Under the pieces are notes generated by a model. The model did not search any database. It was not told where the DNA came from and saw only the letters and a program-made list of their open reading frames with translations. A stretch of DNA of 64,000 nt from an uncultured Planctomycetia bacterium (GTDB lineage Bacteria; Planctomycetota; Planctomycetia; CAXEIY01), in the NCBI GenBank assembly GCA_963996245.1, contig CAXEIY010000203.1, positions 174 through 64,173 of the forward strand. Reading direction: 5' to 3'. The position numbers and the translations under genes are program-made. Shown here piece by piece: positions 57,696 to 64,000 of the stretch. Position 1 is the first letter of the stretch, and every line of letters starts with the position of its first letter.

Positions 57696-58457
57696 TTATT
57701 CTCCTTCATCTACCTGTAATCCCATGGATTGATGCTGCTGGCGAACCCGTTGTGTTATCTGTTCCTGTGCCGAGGAAACTGTGCGGCAACTTTCGCCACG
57801 AAATACAATGGCAAAAGCACGGCGGTGTCGATCCGTTGAACGATTCGGTTCTGCCCGATGGATCATATTTCCATGGTGGGCCACGAGATCTCCGGCCTGC
57901 AGTGATACGACCTGTTCTCGATTTCGATCCTCATCACAGTAGTCTGAAATTCCTTGTGAAAAACCGAGTACTTTCGTGACTGTGTGGTCCCGTATTCCTT
58001 CCAAGTGAGAACCTAGAACATAACGCAAACAGCCGTTTTGTTCATCGACTGCATCCAGTGCAACCCAGAACGTTGTCACATTGGCAGGATGAAGACAAAA
58101 ATAAAAATTATCCTGGTGAGGTGGTGTGGGATGGTCTACCCCTGGCGGCTTGTTAAACCATTCCGGCGGCAATCCCTCCGCCGGTTCACCTATCAGCGCT
58201 TCGGCAAGCGATTTCCACTTGGGATGTGCACGATAGGCATTTAATTCCTCGTCCTGAATGTGCTGCATTTGCTTGAGTGTTTCAGGACGTTGCTTATCCT
58301 GAAAAAATGCATCGGAATCGGGTAATTCAGGTACTACAACTTGGATATAGCGACCGAGTTGTGCCCTCAGTATTTGCAGTTCTTCGGTAGACAAGAATCC
58401 GGGCACTACCACGATTCCATCACGTCGGTAGGAATCAATATTTTTCTGGTGGTTCAA
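57696..58457 (-). CDS. Phytanoyl-CoA dioxygenase (PhyH) family Fe(II)/2-oxoglutarate oxygenase
   Basis: YRRDGIVVVPGFL, HPTPPHQDNFYF (HxD) and a distal HHGNMIHRAEPN. TTG start. Confidence 0.8.
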   Translation of the reverse strand: MNHQKNIDSYRRDGIVVVPGFLSTEELQILRAQLGRYIQVVVPELPDSDAFFQDKQRPETLKQMQHIQDEELNAYRAHPKWKSLAEALIGEPAEGLPPEWFNKPPGVDHPTPPHQDNFYFCLHPANVTTFWVALDAVDEQNGCLRYVLGSHLEGIRDHTVTKVLGFSQGISDYCDEDRNREQVVSLQAGDLVAHHGNMIHRAEPNRSTDRHRRAFAIVFRGESCRTVSSAQEQITQRVRQQHQSMGLQVDEGE

Positions 58458-58568
58458 ACGGTTCTTTCCTTCCCTTTGACTGGATCGGTGAACAATCTTT
58501 GTGATAAGAGGATTAACGGTTTAAAACCGGTTAACAAACACCACCGATTCCATGGACCGCCCTGCCGT

Positions 58569-60026
58569 TCATGCCAGTATTTCGCGTATGGGTTTTCCAT
58601 GGTCGATATCAAGACGTTTCCGGCCAGGAACTTCCAGTTTTCGATTATCCAACCCCAATAAGTGCAATACCGTCGCATGAAGATCGGTTACATAATGACC
58701 ATCACCCAGTGCATGGTATCCAAGCTCATCTGTCGCCCCATGGATATAGCCCCGTTTTAACCCGGCCCCAGCCATCCAGATCGTGAACCCATTGGGATGA
58801 TGATCTCTTCCTGTAGCTCCTCCTCCACGCTCTTCCAGCCCCGGCGTCCGACCGAACTCCGTACAAAAAACCACTACCGTTTCTTCCAGTAAACCTCTTC
58901 TTTTAAGATCGGATAACAACCCTGAAATGGGTTTGTCTACTGTTTGACACAAACGTGTATGGTTTTTTTTCAGATCGCGGTGAGAATCCCAAGTCCCATA
59001 AGCTGAAGGAAAAACCTGTACAAATCGAACACCCCTTTCAACAAGACGTCTAGCGACCAGAAATCGCTGCCCAGCGGTCCGCGTTCCCTCTTCGTCTATC
59101 CCGTATAGAGATCGTGTTTCGGCCGTTTCCCCGTTAAGCTGCACCGCCTCAGGAACAGACGACTGCATGCGAAAAGCCAATTCGTAGGACTTGATCCGAG
59201 CGTTTAATGCCTGATCTCTCGGATTTTCTCTGGCTGTTATTTGATTCAAAGCTGCAATGAGTTCGAACTCCCGTCTTTGTTCGCGCGCTGTCTGGGAGCC
59301 ATTACGAGTTCCAAAAGATAAAGGATTGGCAGGGTCGTTTTTCAGCGGTACACCTGAGTGGGCAGGACCGAGATAGTCAGCGGCAATACTCTCACGCGTG
59401 TCACTACGCGTCGGACCACCAAGAACAATGAATTTAGGCAGATTTTCATTGATAGCACCCAGTCCGTAATGGGCCCACGAACCTATACTCGGCTGGACCT
59501 CATCCAGACGATGACGACCTGTATGAATCTGGTTTTCTGCCGCATGATCATTGTCCGTCGTCCACATGTTACGTATGAAGCATACATCATCGACACATTT
59601 GGAAAAATGAGGCCACCAGTCCGTAATCCCAATTCCGCATTCTCCGTATTGTCTGAATCCTACCTGCATAGGATAGATCTTAGGATAAACATCCCGCACA
59701 TTGACCTCTTCTGAAGGCACGCTACGAAATCTTTTCTTGTGGAGAGGAGACTCCAGAGGATTGGGAAAAGGGGTTTCTGCATAGGTCTTGCCGGCATATT
59801 TGTTCAGGGCAGGTTTGGGATCAAAAGTCTCGAGATGACTGTAACCTCCGGACAGAAAAACCCAGATGACCGATCGAGCGCGTGGTGAATGATGTGGAAA
59901 TTTGTCTTGCTCTTGATTGGCACCTTTCACAATGCCATCGCCCGCCAGCAATGCTCCCATCGCCACACTGCCGAAGCTCATTCCAGTACTCGCCATAAAC
60001 TCACGACGATTGTTTAATTGTGACAT
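58569..60026 (-). CDS. DUF1501 protein (Tat signal), paired with the upstream PSCyt/DUF1549/DUF1553 gene
   Basis: NNRREFMASTGMSFGSVAMG and CTEFGRTPGLEERGGGATGRDHH. It starts 41 nt after the upstream gene's stop. Confidence 0.9.
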   Translation of the reverse strand: MSQLNNRREFMASTGMSFGSVAMGALLAGDGIVKGANQEQDKFPHHSPRARSVIWVFLSGGYSHLETFDPKPALNKYAGKTYAETPFPNPLESPLHKKRFRSVPSEEVNVRDVYPKIYPMQVGFRQYGECGIGITDWWPHFSKCVDDVCFIRNMWTTDNDHAAENQIHTGRHRLDEVQPSIGSWAHYGLGAINENLPKFIVLGGPTRSDTRESIAADYLGPAHSGVPLKNDPANPLSFGTRNGSQTAREQRREFELIAALNQITARENPRDQALNARIKSYELAFRMQSSVPEAVQLNGETAETRSLYGIDEEGTRTAGQRFLVARRLVERGVRFVQVFPSAYGTWDSHRDLKKNHTRLCQTVDKPISGLLSDLKRRGLLEETVVVFCTEFGRTPGLEERGGGATGRDHHPNGFTIWMAGAGLKRGYIHGATDELGYHALGDGHYVTDLHATVLHLLGLDNRKLEVPGRKRLDIDHGKPIREILA

Positions 60027-60067
60027 TCCATTACCCTCACTGACGCTTTCGCGTATTGCACACGTAT

Positions 60068-63000
60068 CTAACGAATCGTTACAAAATCATTATGATTAAA
60101 CAAAACACGAATCAGTCCCTGACGAGCTTTTTGGGCATTCTCGGTCTGCTTCATGAACTCCAAGCAAGCCGTCTTTTCCTGTTCATGAGGCGGACGAGAC
60201 AAAATCGTACGAAACGCCAAGTGGACAAACGCTGCGCCACTTAACGCGGGCTGATTCAAAAGTATGCGTTCTTCCAGTTTCATAGTCACTTGATGTACAA
60301 AATCGCTGTTGATCAAAGCCAATGCCTGCTGAGGAACAATGGTCATGCTTCGACGATAGCATTCAGCTGGATTTGGGGCATCGAACAATTCTCCAATGGC
60401 GTTTGTTCCCCCTGCTTCGGGAAACAATTCATAATAAAGAGTGCGCCGCGTTCCCGTCATCGCATGGGTATTTGAAATCGATGTTCCACCCAATGACTGG
60501 TCCAGCGTTCCCGATACGTAGAGTATGCTGTCCCGTACTAATTCTGCTTCCATGCGCCCTACGTTCGTTTTCCATAAAAATTGATTATCTTTGTCCAAAG
60601 CGGCACTTTCCGTCTTATTGTCACTGCTCATTGCGTAAGTATCACTGGTTACCATTAGTTTATGAAGATGTTTCATGCTCCATCCAGAATCGATCAATTC
60701 CACCGAAAGCCAATCCAGTAACTCCGGATTCAGTGGTTTCTTACCGTTTCTGCCAAAGTCGAAAACACTGGTTACCAGCGGTACACCAAAGTGTCGCATC
60801 CAAATATGATTCACGGCCACACGCGCCGTAAGGGGATTGCGCCGGTCGGTTATCCATAAGGCCAGTGCCGCACGACGTCCGGTACTGGACCGGGATGTTA
60901 CCACGCTAAGGGGGCGATAATCCTCTGGCATTTTATCGCGGAGAGCTGTGACGGCATCTCGTCTCTTTATTGCCTCGCGAACTTTTTCCGTTGAACTCTG
61001 AATTTTCTTCTTTTGCTGATCCTCATCGTCGATTGTGTTTGCTTTAGCGACGTCAGCCCTGGCTTTTATCAAGTCCGCTTCTGCGAGTTGGAAATCCGAT
61101 GCTAACTGAGAATGTACAGCCTGACGAATACGTTTGATTTTCTCTTCTTCAGGCATTCCCGAATAACGCCCTCGATCCGCCAGAATAATATCCTCTATCG
61201 ACTTAAGGCGGGACTGACGTGCATCTAGAGCAATCTGATTTGCTTGCAGGCTGAGAACCATGGACTTGAGCGATCTTCTCACACCCGCCATCTGATCCAT
61301 CAAAGCAAAAAGCTTCGGATTACCTGCTGCACGAGAGGTGAACGCCTGTGCTGGCTTTTCGGATTGGGTATGGAGTTCCCAGTGGTCAATCCCGACAATA
61401 TCCTGTCCATTACCATACCTTGGAGATTCGAAATCAAAATGAATCAGGACATCCGAGTCAGCGGCAATTTGGAGATCGTCAAACAAAACTCGGGTACCTG
61501 ATCGGCAATCGAGTACCAGTGGTTGATCCGGATTACCGATAGGACTCCAACCATTCAAGGCAACCTGCCCACTACCAAGTATTCTTTGACATTCCCCTTC
61601 TTCATTGAGTAACTCGACTGAAAGATCACAAAGATCCCTTTGAGGATAAATGGTAAGCGTTACCTTAAACCTGACTTCCCCTCTACTAAAGTCGTACTTT
61701 CCGACCTCAAACCGGGTATAGCCACCAGGACCGTAAGAAAAAATTCCTCCCTTTTCGAATGCAACATACCCGGCCGTCAGGAATTTCTGATTCGACTTCA
61801 CGAACTGAACGTTTACATGATTGTCCTTGAGAATCCTCAACTGATAACCAATTTGCGTTCCCTCAGAAATTGCTTTTAAGTCGGGGAGATGATTTTGGTA
61901 GATTCGCCGACCTTCGGTTGCGTCTATAAACAGCGATTGAGCACCCTCCAAAGAACCGGGTTGACCTTCCGCCAAGACGTCCGCTTCGGACTCTGCAAAC
62001 TCTTTTTGCAGCAACTTCAATTGTTCACGTAGTGAAGTTATCGGTTCTCGAGCAGACATGTTAGCTGCATCCAGTACCTGCTGAGCCTCATTTATATCTA
62101 CCCTCGCCATATCCTTTTGTGTTTGTTGAATCGATTCCCTGAATCCTGAATACCAACCCATCGTTGGTAACTCAACCGGCGATACTTCCGGAAAGAATGA
62201 CGACAGAAAAGAAGGCACTCCTGGTGGAATGGAACCCCGTTGCTTGTCACGATTGCGCTCATCCCCTCCGGTGTAAAACCAGGTGGTTGCATCGGGCTTT
62301 TCATCATAAATACGAGCTATTCCCTCCTTGACAGCTCTCCGGGAACCACCATAAGCATAAGGCTCAAATTCTGGTGGCTGTTTTTCACCTGCTACCTGGT
62401 CTTGCCGAATTCCAATGGGCTCGAAAAAGGCACGCATCCGAAAGTAATCCATATGCTCAATAGGATCATATTTGTGGTCATGGCAGTGGGCACAGTTAAA
62501 GGTCAATCCAAGAAAAGCTTTTCCCGTGTACTCCACATTGTCCCGCATCCATTCGTTGGCATTCAGAGAGTAGAAGTTTCGAATCAGATAACCGGTTGCC
62601 GGCCACGTCGAATCGTCTTCAGGAAACAGTTCGTCCGCAGCTAGCATTTCCTGAACCATGCGATCATAGCCTTTATCATGATTGAGTGAGTCCACAATCC
62701 AGTCACGCCACCTCCATATTTGTGACGCACTATTGCGCACATCGTCCTGTTCCCGTCGTCCATACCAGTCAGAATAACGCCAAATGTCCATCCAGTGCCG
62801 GCCCCAGCGTTCACCATATTGGTACTGAGATAACAGTTGGTCTACTATCTTCTCGTAGGATTCCTTAGTGGGGTTGTCCAGGAACTCCTGTTGTTGCTGA
62901 ACCGTCGGTGGCAATCCAATTAGATCGAGGTACACACGTCGTAACAGGATCGATGGATCGGCTGGAGGGTTCGGCTTCAGTCCTCTCTGGACATGGCCTC

Positions 63001-63532
63001 TGGCAATCAAAATATCAATGGGGTTTCTTAAATAATTCCCCTTCGATTCTGCTTTTGAAAACTCCACACGACGCGGCGATTGAAATGCCCAGTGTCGCTC
63101 AGGACCATCCTGCATCGCTTCTTTTTCCGGACCCTGTGCACCCTGGTTAATCCAACCGGTTAATATCTGTATTTCCTTGCTGGACAACGCTTCTTCGGCA
63201 AAAGGCATGCGCGGCAGAACATGTCCCCTCACCCGCTTCATAATCAAACTCATTGCTGCATTACCCGGAATCAAAGCTGGTCCTGATTGACCACCTTTCT
63301 TCGCTAAAACAGCGGTATCCAGACGCAGTGCGTGGCGTTGTCGCAGCGCACCATGACAGCTGACACACTTATGCATCAGAATCGGTTTGACATCGCGCAG
63401 GTAGTCAACCGTTCCCGATTCGGAATTGACCAACAATTGAATCGTGTTCAGCATCACCACTGCGAACATAACTTCATCCCAAAAATGGTTAAAACCGCTT
63501 TGTGCTGGGTAGCAACCAGATTCTTCCGACAA
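60068..63532 (-). CDS. Large PSCyt1/DUF1549/DUF1553 protein (planctomycete cytochrome-c-motif family)
   Basis: N-terminal heme-type motif HKCVSCHG, then LLRRVYLDLIGLPPT, GERWGRHWMD, CAHCHDHKYDP, NPLTARVAVNHIWMRHFG and a C-terminal FNHNDFV. The start is uncertain (TTG 63532 or ATG 63469). Confidence 0.9.
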   Translation of the reverse strand: MSEESGCYPAQSGFNHFWDEVMFAVVMLNTIQLLVNSESGTVDYLRDVKPILMHKCVSCHGALRQRHALRLDTAVLAKKGGQSGPALIPGNAAMSLIMKRVRGHVLPRMPFAEEALSSKEIQILTGWINQGAQGPEKEAMQDGPERHWAFQSPRRVEFSKAESKGNYLRNPIDILIARGHVQRGLKPNPPADPSILLRRVYLDLIGLPPTVQQQQEFLDNPTKESYEKIVDQLLSQYQYGERWGRHWMDIWRYSDWYGRREQDDVRNSASQIWRWRDWIVDSLNHDKGYDRMVQEMLAADELFPEDDSTWPATGYLIRNFYSLNANEWMRDNVEYTGKAFLGLTFNCAHCHDHKYDPIEHMDYFRMRAFFEPIGIRQDQVAGEKQPPEFEPYAYGGSRRAVKEGIARIYDEKPDATTWFYTGGDERNRDKQRGSIPPGVPSFLSSFFPEVSPVELPTMGWYSGFRESIQQTQKDMARVDINEAQQVLDAANMSAREPITSLREQLKLLQKEFAESEADVLAEGQPGSLEGAQSLFIDATEGRRIYQNHLPDLKAISEGTQIGYQLRILKDNHVNVQFVKSNQKFLTAGYVAFEKGGIFSYGPGGYTRFEVGKYDFSRGEVRFKVTLTIYPQRDLCDLSVELLNEEGECQRILGSGQVALNGWSPIGNPDQPLVLDCRSGTRVLFDDLQIAADSDVLIHFDFESPRYGNGQDIVGIDHWELHTQSEKPAQAFTSRAAGNPKLFALMDQMAGVRRSLKSMVLSLQANQIALDARQSRLKSIEDIILADRGRYSGMPEEEKIKRIRQAVHSQLASDFQLAEADLIKARADVAKANTIDDEDQQKKKIQSSTEKVREAIKRRDAVTALRDKMPEDYRPLSVVTSRSSTGRRAALALWITDRRNPLTARVAVNHIWMRHFGVPLVTSVFDFGRNGKKPLNPELLDWLSVELIDSGWSMKHLHKLMVTSDTYAMSSDNKTESAALDKDNQFLWKTNVGRMEAELVRDSILYVSGTLDQSLGGTSISNTHAMTGTRRTLYYELFPEAGGTNAIGELFDAPNPAECYRRSMTIVPQQALALINSDFVHQVTMKLEERILLNQPALSGAAFVHLAFRTILSRPPHEQEKTACLEFMKQTENAQKARQGLIRVLFNHNDFVTIR

Positions 63533-64000
63533 TACACCTTGTTATCATCCCAAATTAAGGACTGCTTGCAAAGCAAGACCTTCGGATCACTCTAGGTAAA
63601 TATTGTTAATCCGTCAGGAAACACGGACTTATTTGCCCGCAAAAATCATCTGTCCAGACGATTTCATCTATCACCTACTCTTCATCCATCAGTCAGTCAT
63701 GTTTACCCTGGTCCTTCTCAGATGCGCAACGCGTTAATCCGACTACCGGTCCTCTCTTATTAGGCTGAATCACCGCACGCTGGTCAAACCCGGACCGATT
63801 GCAATAAATCTCTATTTCCACCATACGGTGTTGCCAAAACACCTCCAGATGTTGCCTGGTTACGACATAACGAGTTCCACGACGACACTCCAAACTATGG
63901 CTTCCTTGCCCAGATCGGAAATTGATAACATCAAGAAACCTTTCAGAATAATCATAACTGATTGATATATCGTACTTTATGTATTTTATATCGTTTTTCT

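Noticed and set aside
63693-63893. A 66-aa ORF on the minus strand upstream of the large PSCyt gene, checked as a possible transposase fragment.
   Set aside because: No recognisable motif, no RBS, a TTG start, and it sits in an AT-rich promoter-like region. The support is insufficient to call it.
1-64000. A search by eye for CRISPR arrays, rRNA genes, intact IS elements or transposases, toxin-antitoxin pairs and recognisable phage-defence genes.
   Set aside because: I saw no spaced direct-repeat arrays, no rRNA-like sequence and no transposase or defence-family motifs in any frame of the track. The only mobile-element signature is the decayed integrase at tRNA-Sec.

Overview
This 64-kb window looks like a Planctomycetota (Planctomycetaceae-like) chromosome. 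The taxonomic call rests on three Tat-signal DUF1501 genes, two DUF1549/DUF1553 (PSCyt/PSD) giants with CxxCH motifs, and two 'WPQWRGP' PQQ-like beta-propellers. I support about 50 CDS and 4 tRNAs (Sec, Glu, Gly, Ser). I saw no rRNA, CRISPR array or intact IS.

The core content is ordinary:
- Housekeeping genes: aspS, miaA, rplS, pepA, crcB, an RluB-like pseudouridine synthase and a YraN-like protein.
- A tightly packed beta-oxidation operon: acyl-CoA ligase, thiolase, FadB-like protein and acyl-CoA dehydrogenase.
- A STAS / RsbW-like partner-switching pair.
- Assorted hydrolases and oxidoreductases.

The outstanding feature is an approximately 8.3-kb, visibly GC- and CpG-richer segment (about 1910-10176).
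- It sits directly against the 3' end of a well-folding tRNA-Sec (selC-type, anticodon UCA).
- It starts with a decayed tyrosine-recombinase remnant.
- It ends in a degenerate copy of the tRNA 3' end; I counted 16 of 22 aligned positions.
- It carries one co-directional 7.7-kb gene string: a His/Cys-rich membrane peptide in frame with a lipoprotein, then DUF58, a transglutaminase-like protein with a non-canonical triad, a MoxR ATPase, a second lipoprotein, and an ArsP/DUF318-type permease with an extra C-terminal module.
- I regard this gene string as the best candidate for an undescribed, horizontally moved module. Its function is inference only.

Secondary oddities:
- A FabF-like ketosynthase with Glu/His/Asn in place of Cys/His/His.
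- A TlpA-like lipoprotein lacking both CXXC cysteines.
- A 606-aa protein with BshC-like motifs.
- A signal-less SUOX-fold molybdoenzyme next to a CN-hydrolase.

All family calls come from motifs read in the translations. No database search was run.
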